The translations under genes and the position numbers were made by a program. This document shows positions 1 to 11,500 of a stretch of DNA of 64,000 nt, piece by piece. Source of the DNA: a virus. Each line of letters opens with the position of its first letter. Position 1 is the stretch's first letter. The stretch lies in IMG/VR virus record IMGVR_UViG_3300033148_006706, positions 64,001 to 128,000 of that record, one strand, 5' to 3'. The notes under the pieces were generated by a model. That model did not search any database. It was not told the origin of the DNA and was given only the letters and a program-made list of their open reading frames with translations.

Positions 1-177
1 GAAGATTTAATTACCGCATTGGATTCAATGTTTACTCAAATTCAGACCATGGTAATGATTGATCCTCTTACAGGAGTTGCAGGGCCACCTCAAGCTCCTT
101 TTAATCAAATGAAAACCACTATTTGGGATGCTATCAAAACTAATGCTAAATCAACTACAATAAAAACTCAATCATAG
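1..177 (+). CDS. 3' end of upstream structural gene (possibly baseplate hub/spike), partial
   Basis: Frame 1 is open from base 1 to TAG at 175-177 (EDLITALDSMFTQIQTMVMIDPLTGVAGPPQAP...); lies directly before the gp25-like gene. Confidence 0.5.
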   Translation, partial: EDLITALDSMFTQIQTMVMIDPLTGVAGPPQAPFNQMKTTIWDAIKTNAKSTTIKTQS

Positions 178-185
178 AAAATTTT

Positions 186-193
186 ACTAATAT
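186..193 (+). promoter_or_regulatory. Putative late promoter motif ACTAATAT
   Basis: 6 nt before ATG 200 with no Shine-Dalgarno; motif recurs in front of many structural/lysis genes. Confidence 0.55.
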
Positions 194-199
194 ATTATA

Positions 200-607
200 A
201 TGGCAATAAAAGACATTAAAGAAATAGATTATCCTCAAGTTTATGATCTAGATTATAGGGGCGGGATAGACGCCCAAGGGTTTATAAGGGAAACTTGGGG
301 CGATAGGGCTCTAGTAAATAGTCTTAAATTATGGATTTCTTCTTTTAAAGGGGATTTAATTAATAATCTCAATACGGGAGGAAGAGTTGTACAACATCTT
401 CTAAAACCTATGCGTCAAGTGGATATACAAAATTTCAAGCAATCGATTCGTGATGGCATAGCAATGGATTACGGCCCCACTTTAAAGATAAAGAAACTCG
501 AAATAACACCCAATTATGAAGAAAGGGTGTTTGAAATTTATATGGAAGTTTATTCAAAAGAATTAAAGTATGTTACAGGATTATATGAAAAAATAAAAGG
601 AGTTTAA
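200..607 (+). CDS. Baseplate wedge subunit, gp25/GPW-like
   Basis: 135 aa; size, pattern (ALVNSLKLWISSFKGD...YGPTLKIKKLEI) and position before a gp6-like gene. Confidence 0.7.
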   Translation: MAIKDIKEIDYPQVYDLDYRGGIDAQGFIRETWGDRALVNSLKLWISSFKGDLINNLNTGGRVVQHLLKPMRQVDIQNFKQSIRDGIAMDYGPTLKIKKLEITPNYEERVFEIYMEVYSKELKYVTGLYEKIKGV

Positions 608-611
608 AAAA

Positions 612-2507
612 TTGGATTTTTCTTTTAATAGTATAAAAGATAGAATAATAACAAGTTTAAGAAGTAAGTCCGAATGGGCAAATATACTTTATTTCTCCAC
701 CAATATGCGGCTTATTGAAGCAGTTGCAAAAGAGATTGAAGAGTTGGCTAGGTATGATGAATATTTAACTAGAGAAACAAAATGGGATTTAGCTAGAAAC
801 AAATCATCTTTAGTAACGCAAGCTGCAGTACTGGGATATAAACCTCATAGAAAAATAGGTGCTAGGCAAAAATTGTGGGTTAGTTCTAAAGAGAAAGCGT
901 TTTCTCCTGAGTGGAATCAATATACGGTTTATGAAGCAGGAGATGTGGTACGCTATGGTGAACAAAATACACTGTATGAAGCGCTAGTAGATAATCAAGG
1001 AGTGGAACCTACTAACACTAATTACTGGAAAAAAACCACTGCCGTTCATTCTTCTGTTATAGGTATTCCTAAATACAGCATATTTAAAACAGAAAATGAT
1101 ATCTATTTTACATCAATGAGCTCGGTTGATTTGCTTACTACTGAGAACTATGCAGAAATTGATGTAGTACAGGGCATACCGAGAACATTTACAACTATTG
1201 CGCAAGGTTTAATTTATGAAGAAATAGAAATAGAAAATGATAGTATAGATAACAGTTTCTATGAATTAAGAGTTAATAATGATCTTTGGACAGAATATAA
1301 TGATATTAGACAGGCCGAAGCTGATGATAAAGCTTACCAAATATTAAATAAATTAGATTTTACAGGAATTATTATTAGATTTGGAAATAATTTAACTGGG
1401 AAAAAATTAAGTGCAGGCGATACCATAACTTTTAAATATGTAGAAACTTTAGGGGAACTAGGTGATGCGTTATCTAAAGGTGTCGTAAATACTGTTGTCT
1501 CCACTCTAGTAGACAATAAGGGAGAAACTGTTGATGGATATTGTTATAACGATGAAGTTATATCGGGCGGTAAGGATGTAGAGCATATAGAGGATATAAG
1601 AAGTAATGCAAAATATACGTTCCAGTCTGGTTATAATGTAGTAGGTAAAAACGATTACAAAATATATCTATTAAATAATTTTGATTTTATACAAAAATGC
1701 GTTGTATGGGGAGCGTATGAACAGAACATTGATGATGGAAAAGACCCTTGGGATTGGATCTCTACTCAAGAAAACCTTGTCTACATTTCAGCATTTACAA
1801 CAGGAGAAACCCCTACTCAATTACAAAACAATCAAAAAGTGGAGATAATACAAGATATAAATGAAAAGAAGCCCCCTACTGATATTATTATTTTTAAAGA
1901 TGTTGTATTCGTTAATATGATCTTTAACACAACAGCCTATTTATCAAGTACCACCTATTTATTGTCAGAAACTAAAACACTCTTAGAGCAAGCTATCCAA
2001 GAGGAATACAATATTACAAATTTAGATTTTGAACAAAATATCTATGAAACAAATTATAAAGCTTTTATCGATAATTTTGATGAAGTAAGGTATCATAATA
2101 CAACTATACAATTTTATAATGTTGAAGACTTTACAAGTGGAGACTATAGTCAAGCAATTCCTTACGAAGCTAGCGCAACTGCTATTATGATTCCTGTAAA
2201 AACAAAATCGGTATACGTTTATATTAAAGACACTTCGGATGAAGATGCTACATACGTTCATATAGGAACAGATAATGGTGGAGGGGGATTTAATCCAACA
2301 GAAGGATATGATTTAAGTGGAAGTACTATTAACTATAATACAGGAGCAATTCAAATAAAAGAGTCTTCAGGAATGAGTGGAGATTATTCTAAATATGAAA
2401 TGAAAGTGGTATATAGCACATCGGAAGATGATTTAATTTTACAGGGCAGAAATCATATTTTCTATTTAAGAGAAGTTAATGTTGAAACTCTTTATCTTAC
2501 CGAATAG
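612..2507 (+). CDS. Baseplate wedge protein, T4 gp6/baseplate-J-like, with inserted CBM5/12-like module
   Basis: gp6-type motifs (LARNKSSLVTQAAVLGYKP, IRFGNNLTGKK, GGKDVEHIEDIR); insert WNQYTVYEAGDVVRYG...LYEA...EP...YW. Confidence 0.8.
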   Translation: MDFSFNSIKDRIITSLRSKSEWANILYFSTNMRLIEAVAKEIEELARYDEYLTRETKWDLARNKSSLVTQAAVLGYKPHRKIGARQKLWVSSKEKAFSPEWNQYTVYEAGDVVRYGEQNTLYEALVDNQGVEPTNTNYWKKTTAVHSSVIGIPKYSIFKTENDIYFTSMSSVDLLTTENYAEIDVVQGIPRTFTTIAQGLIYEEIEIENDSIDNSFYELRVNNDLWTEYNDIRQAEADDKAYQILNKLDFTGIIIRFGNNLTGKKLSAGDTITFKYVETLGELGDALSKGVVNTVVSTLVDNKGETVDGYCYNDEVISGGKDVEHIEDIRSNAKYTFQSGYNVVGKNDYKIYLLNNFDFIQKCVVWGAYEQNIDDGKDPWDWISTQENLVYISAFTTGETPTQLQNNQKVEIIQDINEKKPPTDIIIFKDVVFVNMIFNTTAYLSSTTYLLSETKTLLEQAIQEEYNITNLDFEQNIYETNYKAFIDNFDEVRYHNTTIQFYNVEDFTSGDYSQAIPYEASATAIMIPVKTKSVYVYIKDTSDEDATYVHIGTDNGGGGFNPTEGYDLSGSTINYNTGAIQIKESSGMSGDYSKYEMKVVYSTSEDDLILQGRNHIFYLREVNVETLYLTE

Positions 2508-2518
2508 GGGCGTGATGA

Positions 2519-3934
2519 ATGGACATAACTAAGAATTTGCCTAAAATAATGAGAGGGAATTCCTTTTGGACTCAATTTGTTGAGAGCATTAAAGATGAAC
2601 TTCTTAATATTCAAGCAGAAATAGAAAAGAAGAAAAATTTTTATAATGTCAAAGAAATTGATTCAATAGAAGAATTAACTGATATAAATAAGTCCTTAGG
2701 TACAGAAGTTGATTTAACTCTTTTTGAAAACAAAACCACAGAAGAACAAATTAACTATATGAAGCAGGAGACCGAAGGAATTACTTATAAGATAAGAACA
2801 AAAGGTGTGTATGATTATTTTCAATATGTATTTAATAGAATTTACGAAAGAGGCAATCTATATATCGCTTATGTAACCGATACCGATTATATCTTTAAAG
2901 CGATTGATTATAAAAGAACTTTAAGAGAAGTAAAAAATCATGATTTTTCTACACCTTTTGTAAAAACTTATAATGTGTTTCCTTTCTTTGACTTAACAGT
3001 AGATATACAAGGACTAGATGATATCCCGGTAAAACATTTAGATGAAGACCCGACATGGTATTTAGACTCTGATTTATTTGAGTCTACAATTAAAATTACC
3101 AATCATATTATGGTTGAATTTATATTAGATGAAATAGTATCACAATTTGATAATAGCATAAGTGGTAATTTCTTAATTACAGAAGAATATTTTAGATATT
3201 TAGAACGGGCTACAGAATACGGAAGAAGAGTAAGCGATATTCCTCATATAGGGGGGCAATTAACATTATTAACAGATATGAGCGGGGATTATAATGTTAT
3301 ATATGACATTGAAGCATACTGTAGAACTACAGAATATTTAAATGATGAAGAAGATTTTATTTATCTATTAGCCGGAAATGATAATGATGGGTTTTTTTAT
3401 AAAAAAGAAATTAATTTTAATGAACGATATACAGATTCTAAAACAAATCCCACATATTTTATGATGCAATCTTATATTCCAGCTAGGGAAATATATCCGG
3501 ATATAATAGCACAAGGAGATGGAGTTAATACCACTTTTGATAGCAATACTTACGGATTATTAGAGCATCCTGAGATAGTTCCTAATACTTTTAAAGTGCT
3601 CTATGTGCATAATGCAACTAATTATGAAGGGTACGATGATGGGAATGGTAATATAACAAGTGATGATGGAAGTACACACGGTTCAATCACCTATGCTACG
3701 GGAGCTTATACTATAATAACCTATGACGATGGGGAGGAGATAAGTTATGCCCCTGATGATGGAACTAATATCGAAACAAGATATAAAACTAAAAAAGATT
3801 TAAAAATTTCTAAGATAAGAGTATTAAATAGCGATGAAAATGCAGTAATAGAAGGAAATTTTCCATTAGTTCAATTTTATAATGAAAATAATTATTTAAG
3901 CATACAATGTATTGTTTATAACAGCGAGAGTTAG
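2519..3934 (+). CDS. Baseplate wedge/tail protein
   Basis: 471 aa in the baseplate operon; C-terminal DDGNGNI...GSITYATG motif shared with the preceding gene. Confidence 0.55.
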   Translation: MDITKNLPKIMRGNSFWTQFVESIKDELLNIQAEIEKKKNFYNVKEIDSIEELTDINKSLGTEVDLTLFENKTTEEQINYMKQETEGITYKIRTKGVYDYFQYVFNRIYERGNLYIAYVTDTDYIFKAIDYKRTLREVKNHDFSTPFVKTYNVFPFFDLTVDIQGLDDIPVKHLDEDPTWYLDSDLFESTIKITNHIMVEFILDEIVSQFDNSISGNFLITEEYFRYLERATEYGRRVSDIPHIGGQLTLLTDMSGDYNVIYDIEAYCRTTEYLNDEEDFIYLLAGNDNDGFFYKKEINFNERYTDSKTNPTYFMMQSYIPAREIYPDIIAQGDGVNTTFDSNTYGLLEHPEIVPNTFKVLYVHNATNYEGYDDGNGNITSDDGSTHGSITYATGAYTIITYDDGEEISYAPDDGTNIETRYKTKKDLKISKIRVLNSDENAVIEGNFPLVQFYNENNYLSIQCIVYNSES

Positions 3935-3942
3935 GATAACAT

Positions 3943-3950
3943 ACTAATAT
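3943..3950 (+). promoter_or_regulatory. Putative late promoter motif ACTAATAT
   Basis: Intergenic, upstream of the tail fibre gene and its GGGAG RBS. Confidence 0.5.
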
Positions 3951-3978
3951 TATATAATATACAAAGGGAGAAAATTTA

Positions 3979-5589
3979 ATGAGTAGAAATATAACAGATT
4001 TTGGAACTCAAAAAATCTATTTTGATTATGCTGCTCCGGCAATATCGGAAGAATTTAATAATATAATGCATAAAGTAGTGAGAAGCGGTTTATATAGAGG
4101 GGGTAGTTTATCAGTTGAGTCAACATCACAAGTTAGAATATCCCCAATGGTTGTATTTATAGAGAATTCTAATAAATCTAGTGCTGATTTATCAGTACGA
4201 ATTGAAACCACTGAAGATATAGTTCTAAATATAGACGAAACCGACCCATTTGTGATTTGTCATTATGAATGGTATAACGATCCTGTCTCTTACATGGAAG
4301 TTAAAACAGTAGCAGGAGGTTTAATAGGAGAGTACGATTTAATACTGGGAAGTGGGGTTTTTACTAACGGGGATTTAACTGGATTTGATACAACCGAAAG
4401 AGATTATATATCTTGGGATGCTGATACCACTAGATTAGGAGAGTCAGCTACGATAGTAAGTTCCCCATCCGGAGGAACTCAAACTAATTTAAGCGGGGAA
4501 ACTGATATAGTAACTGCAATACAAGAAGTGTTCAACAGATTGATTGATTTAAGTGGAGTAGAAGACGATGCGGTTAAGAATCGACATATTGATTTTGGCA
4601 CTTCAGCAACTCAAATAAACAGTAATGATATTCCTATAGGAAAAAATATAACCACCGGCGGTACAATAGATAGTGTTACACAATCCGATATTACTTCCAA
4701 TGTTATTGAAATACTGTTTGATGCTTTAGCTGATTTAAGTGGAGCAGATGACAATTCTGTAAAAGAACGACATGTTGATTTTGGTACAGGACAAAATCAA
4801 ATTGACGGGGATTTACTTCCTCTAGGAACCGCAATATCTAAAGTAATTTCAGAAGCTACTAATGTAGATTTTGCTAACAGTAAAAAAATAAGAGAAGCCC
4901 TGAAAGACACTATAGATAGAATTGCTCAAGTATCAGATCAAGTAACTACGAATAAAAACAGCATAAGTTCTTTACAGACAGATGTAAATACAAATAGCGA
5001 TAGAATAGATAAGACCTATGGAATTCCTGTAGGAACTATAATGATGTTTGACGGAAGTAATTGGCAAGATGATGTTACTCTGCCTGGATGGTATGCTTGT
5101 GTAGCCGCAAATAGTGTACACGGAGCTCCTGATTTAGAAGATAAATTTATAAGAGGAGGCAGTAAAGGAACTAAAGGAGTTGACTATGGAGTAACAGGAG
5201 GTAGTGATACTGCTACTTTAAATAGTAATAATCTACCTCCTCATACTCATAGTATTAGTTTATCTCACAATGCAAGTATAGGAGCTACAGCTCCCAGTCA
5301 CAGTCATGGAATGGCACATACGCATAAATATACGAGATTTACCGTTGATTATCATCGTACTACTGTTGTTACAGAAAATATTAACAAGTTATGGGCAGGC
5401 CGGTCTGAGGTAAATACAGGCGGTTCAAGTAGTGCAAATACAGGTGTTTCTGCACCATCGCATAGCCATTCTATTTCTATTAGCAATCATTCTGGTAATA
5501 CAGGGAACGGGGGGTTTGCTAATTCAGCATTTAGCATCGTTCCCCAATATTATTCTGTTATCTATATAAGAAAGTGTTATCAAAGGTAA
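3979..5589 (+). CDS. Tail fibre protein with collar domain and His-box tip
   Basis: Collar motif PVGTIMMFDG...GWYAC...PDLEDKFIRG; multiple HxH boxes (HTH, HSH); repeated DLSGxxDxxVKxRHxDFGT. Confidence 0.8.
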   Translation: MSRNITDFGTQKIYFDYAAPAISEEFNNIMHKVVRSGLYRGGSLSVESTSQVRISPMVVFIENSNKSSADLSVRIETTEDIVLNIDETDPFVICHYEWYNDPVSYMEVKTVAGGLIGEYDLILGSGVFTNGDLTGFDTTERDYISWDADTTRLGESATIVSSPSGGTQTNLSGETDIVTAIQEVFNRLIDLSGVEDDAVKNRHIDFGTSATQINSNDIPIGKNITTGGTIDSVTQSDITSNVIEILFDALADLSGADDNSVKERHVDFGTGQNQIDGDLLPLGTAISKVISEATNVDFANSKKIREALKDTIDRIAQVSDQVTTNKNSISSLQTDVNTNSDRIDKTYGIPVGTIMMFDGSNWQDDVTLPGWYACVAANSVHGAPDLEDKFIRGGSKGTKGVDYGVTGGSDTATLNSNNLPPHTHSISLSHNASIGATAPSHSHGMAHTHKYTRFTVDYHRTTVVTENINKLWAGRSEVNTGGSSSANTGVSAPSHSHSISISNHSGNTGNGGFANSAFSIVPQYYSVIYIRKCYQR

Positions 5590-5592
5590 GGT

Positions 5593-8500
5593 ATGGGTAC
5601 TGAGCAGTTTGATGATATAGTTGGGAAAAAGATAAAATCTAATCTTGAAATAACCACTGAGGAAAAATATCCCGGTAATCCCGAGTACGCTAACAATGTA
5701 GATGGAGATTATACTAATGCAATTGGTGATGCGGTTGAAGCGTATGTCAATGGAGAAGAAACTCAACCACCCGATATTCCTCAATGGGATTCCCCAGCTT
5801 ACGACTTAGAAATAATAGAAGATGGAACGGGTCTAAAAAAACCTAAAATTACACTTCACTGGATTGATACATCTTCTGATATATTAACAGAAAATTTTCT
5901 TATTTATAAGACAGATAACTCGGGTGGAACTTTTGGTACTTTAACCTTATATGATAAAATACCAGCGGATGAAACTGATTACGTAGATGAAAAATTATCT
6001 TTTAATACAGGATACCGTTATGCAATAAGAGCGGAAGATAGATTTCTAAATCGTTCTGATTTAACAGATTATCAGGAGATTACAACTCCTACGGTTCCTG
6101 AACCATCTCGACCTACTGATAAAATCGTAACAGGTGCCGGGGTAAAACAAATCGGTTTAAAATTTCAAGGATCGCCATCTTTTGAAGATATTTTATATTA
6201 CCAAGTTGAATCAAGAAGTGCTACGGCAGATCCAGATGGATACGGTGGTTATGAGGTACCTGCATCTCCTTCTTGGGGAGATTGGGAAGTAATAAATCAA
6301 TCTCTTTCTACTCGAATAATACATGAAAATTTAGACTATACTAAATGTTATCAGTATAGATACCGCTCGGTAAATTCTTACGGAGTATCAGGGAGTGCAA
6401 ATAGCGAAGAAGGACATAGTGAGCTATTATCAGATATAGTTATCCCGCTAAAAGTAAAAAGAGATGACTTAGATTGGGATATCCAGGATCAAATAGATGG
6501 TAAATTAGATTATTATATAACACATTCTTCACAAGACCCTAAATATCATCCTGTTTACGGTTGGCCTGATACAAGTAAAGACGATTTAGATCATCATAGG
6601 GATATTTGGTATCAAATCGATACTGGGCTAAAAAAAGTTTTTAATGGTTATACTGGACTATGGGAAAATCAACCAAATATAACTAAATTAACTATTGCCG
6701 ATGATAATGTCCTTACTCCTTCCGAGAAATTAATATTAAAGAAAGAATGGAATACGATAGCTAAAGAAAAAATAGTATTACTTACTCAATTTGGTTTAAA
6801 AGAAGGAGAAATCGGTGGTGTTGAAACCGAGAAATATAACTACATAAGCGCTTATAATACACTAGATAGTTATCTAAATAATATAATAGATGGAATTCTT
6901 AAAGAATCAAACTACTTACAAGTAATAGAAGATATTGCAGGAGCTACGGCCAGAGATGATGGGTTTATCTTTTTATTCTTTCAAGATTCTACTCCTACAG
7001 CAAATGGAGCAGGAGATTTATGGATAAATACCGAAGATGAGTTAGATATTCTTTATAAATGGAACGGCTCAAATTGGATAGAACAGACAGGTGTTTCAGA
7101 AGAGGATAGATTAAAAATAGTTTCATTAAAACAAACAACGGGTAGTGATGATGAGATTGTAATTTATTTTCAAGATTCAGAGCCTAGTATTCCCGCATCC
7201 GATGAAGATGACCTGTGGGTAGATACTGACGGTGGAGATTATCTCTACAGACATACTTCTGGAGGAACATGGGAGATAGTCGAATCTGCTATTCTAGACA
7301 TAAACGGTGAAGAGCTAAGAGGAAAGTTTAGAGATTATTATGATGCAAAACAAGAATTAGTCAAAGCGATATCTGACGTATCCGCTGATGATATGAGAAC
7401 AAGATTTGTAAATAATACCTATATGATCGATATCGAAAATGATAAAATAGACAGTACAACATACTTTGTAGATTTCATAAATAATGTTACTAGAACCTCT
7501 ATTAAAGTCTATTCAGTAAAGGACGAGGATAAAAACAATTTAACTGGCCTCCAAGCAGATGATTTACTAGTTGCTACAGATACATTTAAAGAGTATCGAT
7601 ACAATGGAGCGTCTTGGGAAGAGTTAACAGAGACTAATACTGATTTTTTGCGAGCATTTATTGATGCTGATCATTTGAGAACAATTTACATTCCTGCCTC
7701 TGATGCTGACTTACCAAGCTTTTATCAGGCTAGAGACTTACTTATCCCCACAGCTACATTTTCTAATAATGATGGTTCTACTACTAAAGAATTTCAAAAA
7801 AATTCTGTATATATTACCACAGTAAATGAAATTAGCGCATTTAATAACGCCCACTGGGGATTAAGTATAAAATATACCGATGATACGCTAGCCAAGTATA
7901 AAACATCGGTATTTGATTCTCCACCTAATTGTGAATATAATGCGGGGGAAGAACGATGGGAAGTTAATACAAGTCTAGGCGATAGTTATGTAAGTGAAGA
8001 TATATTTGTGCCAGGGCAGGAATATGTAATTTTTGATGGGAGTACAACAAAAACATTTGATAAGGGAGAGGTTTATGTAGCTAGCATAGCGGATGAGGAG
8101 GCGCATAGAAGAGATGGCTATCCGTTTGTAAATACTCATTGGGAAAGAAAATTAAGATTCAGTCAAGAACTGGATGATATAACAGAAGATAATAAATTAA
8201 GTCCTACTGAAAAGCTAGCTACAAAGAAAGAGTGGGAGATAATTAGAAAAGAGTATCCTTCGATAATAGAAGAAGCTGTAGAGCAGGGGGTAAATACTTT
8301 TAGTTTTAAATCGGCTTACGACGAATTAGATGATTACCTGAATAATGAAAGTACAGGATTATTAAATGATACGAGCACTACTTCTGATATCGTAGGCGAT
8401 ACTTTTAGATCCAAGTTCAGTAATTATTACGATGAAAAAGCTAAAATTCTTAGATCGATAGCGTATATGGCGTCTCAAGACGCTTACAGTGGAACTGATT

Positions 8501-11500
8501 ATATAACAAAAAGAGAACATGTGGGGGAGGCGGTAGATGATGATACAGAATTGTGGCCTTTAACCTCTTCTGCTTGTAATTCATCTTTTGGTACAGAGCC
8601 TCTAAATAGAAATGTAGTACTTCAACCAAAAATGCACTCCTGGCTTGGACAAAGCGGGGGGGTTTTTCAAGAAACAAGCAACGTATTAAAAGACCCTTGT
8701 GATTTATCTACATCAAATTGGAGTAAAAACAGTTGCACTACTGAACTTGTAGAAAAAAAGATAGTAAACTTTCCGTTTACCAAAGCTGAATCGTCAACAG
8801 CTTCGGGGTATGTTTATCAAACCTTTGTTCCTACTGCCTCAAGAATAGCGGTGAGTGCTGTGGTGGAAAAAGGCAATACGGATAATACAGCTTTATATCT
8901 TTATGATTCTACTGCAGGTACATATATTGAAAGAGGGCTGTTTACATTCAGCACTGAAACCTTTACTCCAGATGATAGTTCAACAATTTATGAAGTAATA
9001 ACTATAGAACAATATAGACGGTACGTAATTAAATACTCTGTCGATGTAACTGGTGGAAATACTTTACAATTACGATGTTATGCAGCATGGAATGGTTTAG
9101 CGGGAGATTTTACTTATTGGGCTGCTGTACAGGTTACTGAAACTAATTACCCCGTAGCTTTTATTTCTCCAAAGAAATACCCCTCGCTCACCCGACCTAA
9201 AAGTGGATGGAAATACAATTTTCCTCTACAATCACAAATGCGAATAAAAATGGAAGTAACACCTTGGTTTAATTATGGTACGAGTATTAATCATCGATTT
9301 TATGAGTGGTATATAGATGATACACATCGTTTAATATTATATTACGAAGCATCTGATGATAAAATTTGTATATATTGGAGAGATGGAGGTACTGTTAGAT
9401 ATCTTCGATCTCCTCAATTTGATGACAGTACCTCTTATCTCAATATTAATCAAAGACTGAAAATAGATGTAGCATTTGATCCTAATGGCTCAGGAAGTTT
9501 TCTTAAAATTTATGATAAAGATGATAATCTGCTCTCGGAAGATACAACATGGGATGGAACCCCTGATACTTTTACATCTAATTTTAATAATTTTTATGTG
9601 GGACAATATGAAACTGGACTACAAGCCGATTCTGAAATACACTCTTTACAAATTTGGTCGGGGGCTCTTACCGACACTGGAGATCCTACATTTCAATTAA
9701 AACCAGAACCTTTAATTTACGGATATCTTGAACAGAAAGAAACAAAAAGCGATACAGTTGGGGTATTTAATGAAATCAATACTCTGGTTTCAGATTCAGA
9801 AAATCTTACCACAGCAAATTGGGTTCCTTACCACTGTACAACTGAATTAACTGATCAATATGTAGAGGGGCATCGATTAACGAAACTTACAGCTACTAGC
9901 GCCAATGCACAAGCATATCAAACTGTTACTTTTACATCATCTGAGAAAAAAGCGATTACTGGAATTGTAAGAAAAGGAAATTATGATCCAGCAGGATTTT
10001 TTTTACATGATGCAAGTACTTCTACAAATAAATTATATCTTAAAATCAACTTTTCTACAAAAACAATTACTGGGGCAGTCGGTTCTTTAATTCATGCTAT
10101 TTGGCTTGACAATAAGACAGTGCAAGTATACGCTGTATCTAATGCAGTAACTCATACTAATGCACATCGAATATATTGTGATGTAGACGGAGATGATTTA
10201 GGCTCTGCCGGGGATTATACCTATTGGACTGCAGTACAGGTATATGATAATGTGTTTCCTTATTCTTATACTCCTAACGACCGTGATGCTTGTTTCTTAC
10301 AAACCCAAAGAGCGCTAACAGAAAAGCATACAATAGAGTGCAAAATCTGGCCTTTCTGCAACTACGACACTGCTGGAACCCATTACATAGCCTCCTGGTA
10401 CGTAGATTCAAATAATTATTATATGCTTAGATTCTACTCTGCAAAGATTCAATTACTATATAAAAGAGGAACGGGAGAGGCGATTTTAGAATCTTCTGCC
10501 TACACTTCACAAAGCGATTGGAATAAAGCACATGATATAGCAATAATAGCAGATCTAGGAACAGGAGATACAACAGGAACAAAGTTAATAATAGACGGAG
10601 TAATAGTAGATGAAACATGGAGTGGAAACATTGATAGCTTCTCCCCTATTTTTCCCACCCTTACAATTGGATCTAAGACGAATAATAATACAGAGTATTT
10701 TGAAGGTTTTATATGGAATCTTGCCTATACTGCACGGAAAAAAGAAGTTTGGGAAGTACAACAACACTATCAAAGACAACGACCTTATTATGATATCAAC
10801 TCTATAGCTAATGAATCTGATACTATTTACATAGATCCTTATAATGTGTATATAAAAAATTTAAAAGTATTCGATAGCGTATTTTTCGGTAGACAAGAGT
10901 CAGAGAGTCTTCCTTATTTTAAATGGGATACAAATAGTGGAAAAATAACAATAAATAAAACTCTTATTACTGCAAGCGACAGTTATAACTATTGGGACTT
11001 AGATACCGGGGGATTTAGAGTAGGCAATGCTAGTAGTTATATATATTATGACCCCTCAGGAAATGGTTCTCTAACGCTTAAAATGGATGCAATATATGCA
11101 TCAACCTTAGAAACTCTAGTAAATGGAAAACTTTCAATTTCAATGGAAGGTGATTTAACAGGAGAACCCCCCTCTCTTCAATCTCCTATCTACGTGACAA
11201 CCGAAGATACAGGGGGTGCTGATCCTGCTTATGGTATCATTAGCCATTTAAATGAGATAAGATTAAGAACGGGTAATGCAGACCCACAATCAGCTTCTGA
11301 TGCAATAGTTATAGATAATAATCAAAATGTTGGCATCGGGACGACTAGTCCAAGTGCACTATTAGAGATAAAAACAGCTATAGCTGCAAGTTCAGGTCTC
11401 CTAATTACAGGTGGTGCGTCTTCTAGCAATGCTCTCAAAGTCGCTGGAAGCGCAGGAGATGGTGGGGGGAATGTCGTAGAAATATCTCCTAGTTGGAATA

